A DNA stretch of 64,000 nucleotides, taken from positions 42,408,001-42,472,000 of the forward strand of contig CM060732.1 of assembly GCA_030704615.1 (NCBI GenBank), written 5' to 3'. The notes under the pieces are model-generated. The model was not told the DNA's origin, searched no databases, and saw only the letters and a list, made by a program, of their open reading frames with translations. Source of the stretch: Takakia lepidozioides (Eukaryota > Plantae > Bryophyta). Of this stretch, positions 12,726 to 24,999 are shown in pieces; position 1 is the stretch's first letter, and every line of letters begins with the position of its first letter. The position numbers and the translations under genes were made by a program.

Positions 12726-15700
12726 TCAATGATTTCTGGAATCCTGGCGGAGGAGTTTGTGCAGCTCGTTCACGCTCAATGCTAGTACATGAATAAAGTC
12801 ATCAATAGTCAAGTTCATCCTCAACCTCTTCAGGTAAATGTAATACAGATGCTTGCACGGATAATACTTTGACCTCTTCTTTGCTTCCATCAACGAGAAG
12901 TCCGTACAATTGCAAGTCGGCTCCACTCCGATCGTAATTGTGTAAACGTCGTCGCGTACAGCTGAGCCGGCCGTTGCCATCCGATAAACACGCCCAAGGC
13001 CGGGTGGGGGTACATCCACGGAGCTCTGAATAGTGCAAGCCATCCCAAGAGCATTGGCAATCTGAGTCTCATTCAACTTGTTGGGAGGATGTCGTCTCTT
13101 CACTCTTCCGAATCGCATTGTGGGATGTGCAGAATTGTCCAATCCGTCTCTACTGGACCGAACAGTCTGTAATGGCTGAGTCTGAGGAACTGAAAATGAG
13201 TGGGCTGGGACGTCTGTGCGTTGCACCATTCAAAATCCTGCTGCAGAAAGAGCATCAGCAGAGAGGTTGCAATCCGGTGCAACAGGCCAGACGCCCGGAG
13301 GCTCTGGCATTCCCTGAATCCCGTACTTGGGCTTGCCAAATACACAGGTCATTATGTCGTGTCTACAGAACCAAAACGTCTGCGTTGTGGCGTGAGAAAA
13401 TGTGGGAGTCAAAAATCTGTCGCTGAAACAAGGTGCAGGTATAGCACCGTGTGGGTTCCTCCGAATCATCTCACCACAGCGTGCTCTCGTATCCACCCGG
13501 ATGGCGCAGTACTTCCCTCGAAATGCCGGCAATGTCCTTGCAATTCTCCACTGTGACTCCGACACTTTTGTCTCCACAATGGGTATGTTGTACTGCGTTA
13601 CTACAGATGGCTCGTTATGTTCCTTGGGCACGTGCCCTGTGCTCAAAGGAGATGGCGATCTTGAACGTGTAGGACTTGCGGAGCTCGACGCGACCTCCTT
13701 GGGCAACATCACGGGACTACGAGGGAGCGTGCAAATATTCTTGTTAGCTCGCCATGAATCTTCTTCTCCGCCAGGTGCCTCGTCAAGTCTTCGTCTCACT
13801 GGACGGGTGTGAACATCTTCTTCCAAGTGTTGGCCTCTTCGAAGCAATGGCGTGTCCCGAAGGCCCTCTCGCAAGGCTGCCGCCCACTTCCAAGGATTCT
13901 TCGATCTGGAGGCAGTCCGCATCAGCATTTCCTGCCTGTCTGGCCCCAAGCCCCACTGTTTCCCTTTCAAGAACTTGTTGTGCCTGCATTGCTGTATAAT
14001 TGACCTCACAATGTCCTCCGTTGTGGCAGTGAGGATGTCCACCAGATGCGCCGCAGAGGAGGCACGCCAGGAAGAATGTACTGATTCGGCCATGTTTGTT
14101 GTCGGCATGTCGGTGTCGGAGTCGAGACACATTTCTTGCACATGCACATGTTGAGGTTACAAGCAAGTTACAAATAATGAGTAGCATAATATTCAACGGG
14201 ACGCGAATTCGTCCAACTCACCTCCCGCATATAGTCACCGAACTGGAGGAAACGATAATGCCACCATGCTAGCCAACTGACCATTGCTTCCTCATCTGAT
14301 TTCTTTACAACACCTGACGTTGTCCACCAAGCCCGTATACATGCAAACTGTGTCTCTGCATCATCCAAGGTGTGAGCACGCTTCCACGCAAGACACATGG
14401 AACGGTGCTCCTCTCTGAAATCTGGCGCCACGAGCCTGGTTGTGTACTGCGACAAGCTCTGCAGAAAATGGAACCCACAAGATCTCTCCTTGCCTTCCAT
14501 CAGAACATTGGGGTCTTCCCCGTACACCTTTCGGATGGCAGTCCAATTTGCTTGTGCGTTGTCCGCCCTGAAACCACGGAAATTGGGAGGGGGCAATCCC
14601 GCCCTGGCCATCTGTTCGTTTATTCCCTGTCAAAGAAGCATCTTCGATTGTGTGTCCTCTCCTTTCATCTCACAAATATCAATTGTCATGAGCATCCTGC
14701 AGTGGGTGTTGTAGACATGTGCACCCATTGTCACCCACTGGTGATTTGTAATTCGCTTGATATGGTCGAACATGACCCAACTGTTTGACAAGTCCCCACT
14801 CGTCATCCGGTGGACCAGTTCGAGCCGCTGCCAGGCCCACACGTGGACATTTTGAATACGAAACAACAATCTGCCTCAGTCCCTTGTCCTGGAAACCTAC
14901 TTCCATGAATGTAGTCATATCCACATCGTCGCTTCACCTCCAGAATGGAGTGCATATCCGAGCCACGCCCAATTTTCTGTTTGCAGGAGACAATGTGGTT
15001 TCTAACATTTGGTGAATAGACGTGGGACATTGACTCCAGCAATGCCTCCATTTCCTTCTCATCGAGAGGAACTCTGTCAGAGCCGTCTTCCAACATAATT
15101 CTGGCCAATGCCATCTTATGGGCGGCCTGCAGCTGTATCTGTTTGGGTTTGGCACCAAGTCTCAACTTAACCTCCTCCTGAACAAGCTGCTCTGCCTCGT
15201 GGGCAGCCTCCCGCGAGTTCCCCCTCGCCAATTTGTGACAATGGGAACCAATGTGTATGCAAGCTTGTGTGAGGTCACGAAAACGGTGCAACACATAGAA
15301 CTGCTTGGCATTACAAACAGACATGCAATGTGGTGGTTCTTTGCAATGCACACACTTAAATGTGGAGTTTGGAACCTTCTCCTGAGCTCGAAATGGTTGA
15401 TGAGCTGTGCCTGTCCAATCTGTCTCGTTCCTGTGATCTCTGGATTTAAAGTGGAAGCAAGTTGGGGAGAAACACCGCAACGCGCCTGCGCAAACAACGT
15501 AGCGCACCCGCACACCATCGAGCATCTTCATGCTGGTGGTTTTGGTGACGCACCAAGAATGACCGTCATGTTTCCTATCCTATCCATATCTGTCAACATT
15601 CCGGACGCCCTCGAATAGTCCGTTCGAGGAGGGAACTCAAAGAAGATATTACCGTCGACGTCTGCGGGAAGGCATGTCACGGATTTAATTGCGAACTTGC

Positions 15701-16354
15701 TGTAGTCCAGCCTAGCCAGCTCCGAGCGGTGTCTCTCCATGTGAAGCCCTCGCAGAATTTCAAGAATGGATCGAATTGTTGAGCTCGTGCTGGGAATATG
15801 ACTCCCTCGTCTGCTGATGTCCATTGAGGACTAGCTTGATCTGCAGGATGATCTTGGAACTTCCATGACCTCGTCTGAGTCGGGCAGGTTGTGAACAACC
15901 CAGTTCTTGCTCATCTTCATTGATGGGGTCGGCTCTGGATTTACTTCGTTGCGGACTTCTCTCTTTGAGGTACCCACTTTCTGATTCGCGGATTGTTTCG
16001 TGGAAGGCGCCAGGATAGAAGGCGCATTTGGCGGGCAAATGAAATCCCAACAGCCCTGTATATGACGCTGTCCGATGGTGGAACTCGCCATTTCTTGCCG
16101 TCACCGAAATCATCGTGGAGCACAACAATACTTTCGACTACAACTCCGTTTGAATCATTCCTTTCCTCCTCCAAAAATACCGACCCCGGTTTCAGGTGGT
16201 ATTGAACGTAGAGATATTTCTCCATTACCTGGCAGATCTCCCCTCTGCACGGAAATGTAGCTCTATGCTCGTGAGGAGGGCAGTACACTATAGCGCTCGG
16301 GTTTTCTACCATGGGAGATGTGCACACAAGACTGCCAGGACGACGTTCGGGCAA
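12726..16354 (-). pseudogene. MULE transposase with GCM-like DNA-binding domain, DDE core and SWIM zinc finger; frameshifted
   Basis: GCM-like Cys/His pattern (VVCAGALRC...CVHCKEPP...VCNAK...IHIGSHCH). Core MFDHIKR...FRADNAQA...CGFHFLQS...TTNMAESVH. SWIM CNCTDF...PCKHLYY. Split over several ORFs by frameshifts and a TGA at 13230. Confidence 0.8.
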
Positions 16355-17730
16355 CGCCCTGGGAGAAGGGGGGATGCAGCGAGGGGAAGGAATGCAGGGC
16401 CGTTTTTTCCGAGCGACGAAGCCTATTCATGAATCCAAAGAGCCCACTCTCCCAAAATTCCACTGTCAAAGTGTTAATGAACCTTGTCTCCGGAATGCGG
16501 CCCCTAGCATTTGCGCAATAACTACCAACAGTATGCAGTCAGAAGGTATATGACCTGTGAAGATGCGCTGCGCAAACCAATAATTACGGCGTCTGACAAG
16601 AAGCGTGGGGGGACGAGCGTGCAAGCACCTTCCCCATGGACAGAGGGAACTGACAGAGGTGGCATTCCAGTGGGTCTGATTGCAAGATTGAGTGCCAGAC
16701 CCTCGCTGCCAAAAGTCAACATTCAACAAAATGCAACATTGCACAAAAAGTGGAACTTTGGTTCAAATGAGACATTTTTATTAATAATGAACTGTGACAA
16801 GTATGCATGCCCTCACAAGGCGAGGGAAGCCAAAAATATGTATGCCATCCATGCTCAGGTAAGTTGGGAATTTTCTCCCGTGTTGCACTATTCTCACCAA
16901 GAAGTTGGAACCTCGATTGGCCTCTCAACAAGCTCATGACTGACAGGGTGTCGGTAAGTGAAGACAATGGATGCAGCCCGTTCTCCTTTCGTGTAGTGGA
17001 CAACGGTGTCATGTCCTCCGATATATGCACCATCGTAAATCGAGATCTTTGTTGTGGAGACTCTGTGTCCATAGGACTCATCCTCGTAGCTTATGAGAAT
17101 GTCCCCATAGACTGTTTGCGATGGAATCCTCTCTGGCATGTACGTACACCCGATGCAATCCTCGTAGGCCCACTGGCAGCACCTCCAATGATGTAAGAAG
17201 GCCGTGCGGCTTTTGGGGATGTTCCATGTAGGCGGATACTGTAGATCAACGATTCGCAGGCACCAAAGCCGCGCAAGCCCATCCCCGCGAGGCTAATCGT
17301 GGAAGCCATGAAGGTACTCAAGAGCGGACAGGTGCACCTTCCTTTGCTGAGAGTGGTCTATCCAATCCTGCAGGTATATGAGAATATCCCCTGACTTGGG
17401 CGAGAAGTCCCACGGGGTGAGATGCTTGTTTGGGCAGTTGTTGGGTTCCCGGCACGCCATCGCCGACTATTGAAAGGGCTGCCAGGAAGCAAAGAGGGCG
17501 CGCAGGGAAGGGGGAGTGTGGGGAAGATGAATTGAGAGGAGCTCGGAGCGAGGAAGTGTTGTTGTTGTCTCGGTTTGAAACGCGTGGGTCACGAGCGAAG
17601 GTCAGGCAAGTGGTAAAGAAAAAGAGCAGCATTTAATATAACCGTACCCAGGAATGAGGCGCAACATTTACTTCGACATAACGTCCAATCGAAGGGTGAC
17701 GGCCCCACGTGACTACTAGAGAACACCCCC

Positions 17731-18154
17731 GGATGGAAAACCGGCGCCGAATTTCCATCCGAGGCCGGTCGGATGAAGTCGTCTCGGGGGGAGAGGCCGA
17801 CACCCGGCCGACTGAGAACATCCCCCATATGGAAAAACGGCGCCGAATTTCCATCTGAGGCCGTTCAGATGAAGTCGTCTAGGGGGGAGAGGCCGACAGA
17901 GATCATCTGCAGGATGGAAAAACGGCGCCGAATATCCATCCACAGACGCCCGTATCGACCCTTCATCAACAAATTTCAGTCGTTGCATCAAGTTTTTCGC
18001 GTTTTTTTGTCTAATCCGACACTCAACTTAGAGTTTTTTGCCTGTGGGCCACTTTTTGGCGCGTTATTCCCACCAATGTCGTCCGCTGGAGACAAATTCA
18101 GCGCCGGTTTTCCATCCGTAGGTGGACCGACTTACTTGCAGGATGGAAATTCGG
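17731..18154. repeat. Second cluster of GGCGCCGAATTT motifs inside quasi-palindromes (GGATGGAAA...TTTCCATCC), upstream of the transposase gene
   Basis: Three direct copies (about 17731, 17829, 17912) and two inverted copies (about 18092, 18141). Confidence 0.8.
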
Positions 18155-20349
18155 CTCCTCCACCATGTTGAGCTCAATCCGCTCAGCCAGCAGAAACACA
18201 TCTGCTAATGTGGGTTGGGCTGCTTGTAACAGGGTTGCATCTCGCACCCTTCTCTTGAGCTCCTTGTCCAGAATTCCATACCAAAACTGGATTGCCTAAG
18301 CTTCAGTAACCCCTTGGGTCACACTTATCAAGCGCCTCATACGAGTGTACGCCTCTCGCAGGAGTTGTTACCATTGGATTTGGCAAGGACATGCCTGCAC
18401 AAGGCGCAGCTGCCAGCCCACAGGCACAAGGTACTACCCAACAGCGTGGTCAGGGGGGCAAGGTTTCCCAACCCAAGTTCCATGGAGCTTACAGGGGACC
18501 TCAGGTGCAGAGGCCCGTGGCATCTTTTGCAGGCCAACAGCAACCAGGGGTGGTATGTTGGACATGTGGAGGACCCCATGTCAAGAAAGATTGCCCAGAG
18601 AGTGGCAGAAGGCCGGCACAAGCACAGCCTGCACAGTTGCAGTATGGGCATTGTGGCAAGTATGGGCATGGAGATGCCCAGTGTTATGACTTGCATCCTG
18701 AGTTGCGCCCAGGCCAGTTCCAAGGGAACAATGGTGGCCGGGGGCGAGGTGGACCAGCCCAGAGAGGACGAGGTGGTCGGGCACGAGGTGCAGGCCAAGG
18801 GCAAGCTCAACATGGCCAAGGACGCGGAGGTCAGGGTATTGACCAAGGCATGGCCAACCGGCTTCAGCAGCTAGAGCAGAGGCTTGCTGCCATGGCTATA
18901 GCTTAGGCGGTACCGGCTCCCAGGCGGGATGGTCCACCTCCTGCTCCTGAGGGAGGAGATATGGGAGGCATGGGATTCATGTGCGGAGTAGCGCTACCAC
19001 TAGAGCAGGTGGAGTCTGCTGCAGCCGTGACTCGAGGAGCATCACGAGTTCCTGAGCCACGAGGTGCAGAGGTGGAATTGGATCCACAGCGTGGGGAGGC
19101 AAGCCGTTAGGCGAGGCTTCCTCAGTCATTCACATTGGCGGAGACTGTGTCGACGCCATCCATGGCACCTAGTTCTCGCCCGACTGTTACCGAGGCGGAG
19201 GTTACTATGCCATTGGGGAGAGCTACATGTGCAACACTGACACCTGCTACCAATGCTAGTGCAGTCGGTGTGTTATTGGGGGCAGCCACCTCTGTGTGTC
19301 AATCCCCACTGTTCTCGGCAACCATGATTGCGACGCCGGGGGTAAGACCAGCTGCAGTGTTTAGACTAGCAGCAACACTCTGTGAGAGTGGGGAGGTCAC
19401 TTCATCTTCTGCGGAGTTAGTGGAAGGTGTAGTGGCAGAGGGATCCTCGGATTTGAGGGTCAAGACTGCCACGGCTGCGCCATGGCAAGCTGCAGCTGCC
19501 AGGTTGATGGAGTTGCCAGCTAGGCCAGCCTTTGAGCGCGCCAAGGTGACACCTAGAGTTGTCTTGTTAGACAACCAGGATGGCATTTTCTCTTTGAGTG
19601 GACCGGCAGGCAAGAAGTACCGGCCACTTCGGGTCTTGTTGGACTCGGGAGCTCAGCCACTGATGTTGGGCAGAGCTGCTATTGCAGGTTTGGGCCTCAT
19701 GGAGGCGGATATGGAGCCTTGTCCTTTCCAGATACAGACATCTCTGGGAGGATCAGAGCAGGCTCGGGGCATAACACGGCATCAGTTGGCCATTAGACTG
19801 CAGCCGGATCATCCTATAGATGGCTCAGTGATGCGAGCCAAGGCCATTGTGACAGACGCGGTCTCTTACGATGTCCTCGTTGGTGGGGCAGTGTTATACC
19901 CCATAGGCTTCACCCTGGACTTCTGGGAGGAGTCAGCATCCTACAGGCCTGGATGGCAGTCAGGGGATGGTCGCCATGCACAGCTCCCTGTGACATTCAT
20001 TGGGGGTATTGCGGCGGCCCAACGGGGTAAGATGCCAACACTAGCCGCCTTTACAGCTGCAGTTAGTTAGCCTGAAGAGTTGCTGGAAGGCAATGCCCAT
20101 GCAGAGGATGTGCCACCTCCAGCAGAGCAGGATGACATGCATGGTACGGCGGAATTGCCTGCCATGGTTGCTCACATTCCATTATGGGGTACGAGCAAGG
20201 ATTTGCAGCAGGCTGCTGATGGACGGCTGCAACAAGCTTGGGTAGAAGCTTTCGTACCGTCAGGAGAGGGGGAGAGTGCGGTGATTGCACCAGGACCACC
20301 CCAGTTGTCGCCATTGGACACCACACCTCTTGTGTGGCAGCGGCCGGAT

Positions 20350-21300
20350 GAAGGCATATGCCTTCTGGACTTGTTTGGCGGGATCAGCACTGGATTGGTT
20401 GCAGTGCTGCAGGCAGGTGTACGAGTTCGATGTTACCTGTATGTGGAGAAGGATGAGACTGCACAACGCGTCTCACTGCGCCATGTTGCTCAGATGGTGC
20501 AGCAGTACCCTGAGTTGTTGCCGGTGTCTGCAGTTCGTGGATATCAGCAGGCCTTGCCAGCAGACATTGCGTTGCTGGGGGCGCATGATTTGGAGCAGGT
20601 TGGCTCCATTGATCTGGTAGTGGCAGGTTGGCCCTGCCAAGGGCATTCATCAGCCGGGCATGACAATGGATTGCGAGACTCAAGGACGGGTCTGTTTTGG
20701 GAGATGGTGCGGGTTTTGCGCCACTTGCAGCTTCATCAAGCTGTATCTCCAGCATACATCTTGGAGAATGTGCCACTGATGGGCGATTCTCGGGCCAGGG
20801 TGATGGCCAGTGTGCATCAAGTCCGGTCGTGGCTTGGGTCAGCAGTGTTGCTGGATGCAGCTGCAGTGGGGTCACGGGCTCATCGTCCACGGCTATGGTG
20901 GACTAACTTGATGCCACCCGCACTGCTCAAGCGTGCATTTGATGGGGTGCAGCGGCCAGCACACCTCACAGTGGATAGCATTTTGGACACAGGGAGGTAG
21001 TCTCAACGTGTGAGACACGATGACCGTTCGCCTTTGGCAGTGGTCAACAGGGTGGGTCAACCACGAGCAGCATTACCTACACTGCTCAGCTTCCCAGGAT
21101 CCCATGCTTTTCGGGATGGTGGACCTGGCCTCTTGTGGGATAGCCAGTTGCAACAATTAGTGGAGCCCAATGCTAACGAGCGCGAGCGGGCGATGGGTTT
21201 TACCACTGGTACCACGGCGGTGCCATCTCTTTCTGAGGCATCACGTCATCAGGTGTTGGGGCAAGCAATGGATTTCAATTGCTTGACCTAGATTATCAGC
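20350..21300 (+). pseudogene. DNMT3-like C5 cytosine methyltransferase domain embedded in the Gypsy polyprotein
   Basis: Motif I LDLFGGISTG, II YVEKD, IV AGWPCQG (20632-20640), GLFWEMVRVL, VI ILENV (20764-20772), VIII AHRPRLWWTN, IX ERERAMGF..GTT, X RHQVLGQAMD, in canonical non-permuted order. TAG stops at 20998 and 21289. Confidence 0.93.
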
Positions 21301-24300
21301 TTGGCTATGGCTGAGCAGCCCAGAGTGCAAAGTACACTTCCTTTCATGGTCTCCCTGCCTACCGAGATGGTACAGGCAGCGAGTGGGGGCGAGCAAGTGA
21401 GGACCACGAGGTGCAGGCCGCATCCATGGCACATGTGGGAGGTGCTCGAGGTTCAGAAGGAGTTGGTAGCCAAGGCGGCGGTGATGGATCAGGTTGGGGA
21501 TTTTTCTCGGGTTGAGGAGGTCCTCAAGGATGGGATGATGGGGCAGGATGAGACATTGTCACTGACAGAAGAGGCAGTGGTCACTACTCAAGAGGTTGGA
21601 GCATAGCAACCACGGGACGCGTCTTCTACCTCTAAGCCTGCTGGACTCAAGGTTGCAATCACGGAGGACAATTGGGAGCCTGACGTTGGACCCATTGTCA
21701 CCGGAGGATAGAGACGACGTATACGGCGGTTCCTGAGGGCTTACATGAATTGCTTTGCCTTCAGTTTGAAGGACTTAGGAGCACTGAAGGGTCAAGAGAT
21801 TCGCATTGAATTGGCTACTGACACGCCAATCTTTCGAAGACCCTATAGATATAGTGACATGGAGAGGTCCTTGATTCAGATGAGAACTCAGGACCTTTGG
21901 GAGGTTGGTTTGGTGGAGCTATCTGGGGGAGAGTATGCTTCAGCCACAGTGATGCCAGCCAAGAAGGATGTCTATGGCAATTGGATGGAGAGACGTATGT
22001 GCGGTGATTACCGGCCTGTAAATCGTCAGACCAAGTCCGATAGGTATGCCATGCCGACACCAAAGGAGATCTTTGATGCCATTGGGCATGCCAAGGTCTT
22101 TAGCACATTGGATTTACGATCCGGATATCACCAGTTGCCGATCAAGGAGGCGGATAAGCAAAAGACGGCATTCTGGGGGATCAATGAGCACGGGAAGGAT
22201 TGCCTATACCAGTGGCGATTATTACCATTTGGGCTTAAAAACGCTCCTGCTGAGTTTCAAAGAGTCATGGACAGGATTCTAGCAGGGGTGGAGTTTGCTC
22301 GGTGCTACATAGATGACATCATCATCTTTAGTGCTACAGTGGAGGAGCATGAGAGACACCTTCAGGGGGTATTTGAGCGCTTGAGGGCGCACGGATTGAA
22401 GTTATATCCGGGAAAGTGCAAGTTTTTCCACAACCAGATTGAGTATCTGGGTCACATGATATATCCTGGAGGATTGGGGGTACAGCAGACTAAGGTAGAG
22501 TCCATTGCACAGGTTCCACGCCCCACGGATGTGAGCCGAGTTCAAGCTTTCATGGGGTTAGCAAACTATTATAGACGGTTTGTTAAGGAATTTAGTGCCA
22601 TTGCAAAGGCTCTAACCAAGCTGACCAAGGTGGACCAGGAGTGGCAGTGGGAAGATGAGAAAGAACAAGCTTTTCAAAAGCTCAAGGCGAGGTTGACCTC
22701 GGCGCCCATCTTGAGACGGCCTATTAGGGGGCGTCCTTTACAGCTGCATACAGATTGGAGCATGCTGGGGCTTGGAGCGGTGCTCACACAGGTGGATGAT
22801 GAGGGAAGAGAGTTCGTAGTGGCTTATGCTAGCTGCTCGAACAACGTTGCAGAGTCTAAGTATAGCTCATATGAGGGAGAATGCTTAGCTGCAGTGTGGG
22901 CCGTGGCACACTTCAGGTGCTGTCTATACGGCAATCTCTTCACCCTTGTCACGGATCACCAACCACTCAAGTGGTTGATGGAGTCAGACAAGCTTACGGG
23001 GAAGCTTGCACGGTGGGCACTCATCCTTCAAGAATATGACTTTCAGGTTGTGCATCGACCGGGTTTGGTCAATCGCAATGTAGATGGGTTGAGTCGCAAT
23101 CCATGCACGAGCCAGTAGGATGACACTGGAGCTCGGTGGCATGGTGAGACGGACGAGGAGATGGTGCCCGGATGGCATGCATCTGCATTTCTGTGTATCT
23201 TGGCAGCGGAAGGCCAGGTTGGACCTGCAACAGGGATGACTGTAGATCAAGTGTCTGAGGACCCTGAGGCCAGCAATGAGCAAGGTGACGCTAAAGATAT
23301 ACATGAGGATTCAGTTGTATTGGACTACCTCCGCACTGGAGACACTGCAACCACTGTGACTGCCAAGGAGAGGGATCGGATCCTACAACGAGCCAAGAGG
23401 TTCAAGTGGGAGGGGACACACTTGCTCCGAGTGTGGGAGGATGGTCGAGTAAGGATTGTGCCTCACCCAACACAGCGGGCACGGTTAGTGCGGCATGCCC
23501 ACAAGGAGTTGGGGCATTTTGGAGTGCGACGCACTCATAGGCTACTGCAGGGGCAGTATTGGTGGCGTGGTATGCACACAGAGGTGCAACAATTTGTGGC
23601 TAGGTGCATGGTGTATGACAGGGTGCGTGCTTCATTCAACGCCCCTACTCCACAATTGCACCCTCTTCCGATCATGGGATTGGGCTACAGGTGGAGTCTT
23701 GACTTCGCAGGGCCGTTGCTACTGACCATGCGCCACAACAAGTACGTGTTGGTGATGGTGGAGCACTTCTCCAAGTGGATTGAGTTGGTTCCATTGCCTG
23801 ATAAGGCTAGTGAGGGAGCTGCGTATGCATTCTTGGATTGTGTGCTTAGCCGATTCTGTGCTCCAGCTGAGGTACTCACGGACCAAGGGAGAGAGTTCTT
23901 GGGGGAGTTTCAGGCTTTGTGTGACAAGGCCTTGATAGACCACCGCACCACTTCTCGGGATCATCCTGAGGCCGATGGCTTGGCAGAGAGAGTTGTTCAG
24001 ACAGTAAAGAGGGGTTGCGCAAGTATGGCTTGCAGAAGGGACACCTAGGAGATTGGGACCTTCAGTTATCCTGGTTAGCCATGGCTACAGGTTCAGCAAG
24101 CAAGCATCACTTGCCTCCTTCTCACCATACTTTCTTCTCTTTGGCCGAGAGCCGGATTTGCCTACATCCATTCGCAGGGAAGCTGCTACAGTTCTTAACC
24201 TTGACGATCCAGACGTGTGGGCACGTGCATGTGAGCAGCGTGCAGAGTTGTTCAAGAAAGTCATGCCCATGGCTTTCGAGAACCTTGCCATTGCACAACA

Positions 24301-24595
24301 CCGTGATACGTTGAGGTATGCTACCATACGTGGTGGGGGCTATCGTCCTGGGGTTCGGAGATTCAACCCTGGTGACTATGTCTATCTGCAGCAGACTGCT
24401 CCTACGACCTTGGATGTGACTGCAGAACGTGTTATTTTGAGGGTTCGAGAGGTCTTGCCCTCAGGCGTCTTGGTCTTGGAGGGTCGGGATGGCATAACTT
24501 GGAAGGACCATGTGTGTAATTGTGCGCCATGTCACCTTTCGAATGTTGATGGCAGGATTGACCCAAACCTGGCAGTGGTATCTGCAAGTTTGAGG

Positions 24596-24730
24596 TGCAT
24601 GTTGTGTGGGTCTGCTAAAGGGGCAGCCACCATGCTGGTGTGTGATCGATGCTCTAGAGGTTGGCATATGGGATGCTTGACTCCACCTCTTGAGATGGTT
24701 CCGGATGGGGATTGGTTATGTCCACAATGC
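24596..24730 (+). other. PHD finger at the C-terminus of the integrase
   Basis: C4HC3 pattern CMLC...MLVCDRCSRGWHMGCLTPPLEMVPDGDWLCPQC. The same domain is in copy 3 (about 41144-41281, minus). Confidence 0.93.
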
Positions 24731-24999
24731 ATTGGATAGTGGGAGTGGATACAACCATGGGAGGCTAACAAGAAATGCAAGGCCAAGCTACTAGGAGACC
24801 TTGAACACACGAGATCCGGGCTCAAGTTCACAGATTGCAAGACGGCGACTAACGATGGGGCTATTCTTGTACCCGGCCTCTTGGTCTACAGAGTTTGAGT
24901 ACAACAGGGCCAGTGATAGAGGACTTAGTACGGCTGTGGCTATTACATCTTGTAGCTATCTGGAGTTAGAGGGACCTATCCACCAGCTAGGGGGGCGAT

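Larger units (their letters stand above)
8217..18154 (-). mobile_element. Large degenerate Mutator-like (MULE) DNA transposon carrying a transposase gene and a Ulp1-protease gene; ends not defined
   Basis: Two co-oriented decayed multi-exon genes (see the next two features), inserted at a host pseudogene. No TIR or TSD found. Confidence 0.7.

Noticed and set aside
17731-18154. CRISPR-like array of palindromic repeats
   Set aside because: Spacers are themselves partly repeated and irregular, orientation is mixed, there are no cas genes and the context is eukaryotic.
20080-21300. Bacterial restriction-modification methyltransferase or contamination
   Set aside because: The domain is in frame within a Gypsy polyprotein, has DNMT3-type motifs, recurs in a second copy and is flanked by spliced plant genes.
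20080-21300. Host DNMT3/DRM gene with a TE inserted nearby
   Set aside because: Intronless, no separate start or host N-terminal domains, non-permuted motif order, and continuous frame with protease and RT.
3042-21300. Functional cluster of three methyltransferase-like genes
   Set aside because: Unrelated families; one is TE cargo and one a pseudogene, so proximity is probably chance.
18904-23118. Programmed TAG read-through or an alternative genetic code
   Set aside because: The stops align to different residues (Gln, Trp, Glu) in the other copy, as expected for mutational decay.
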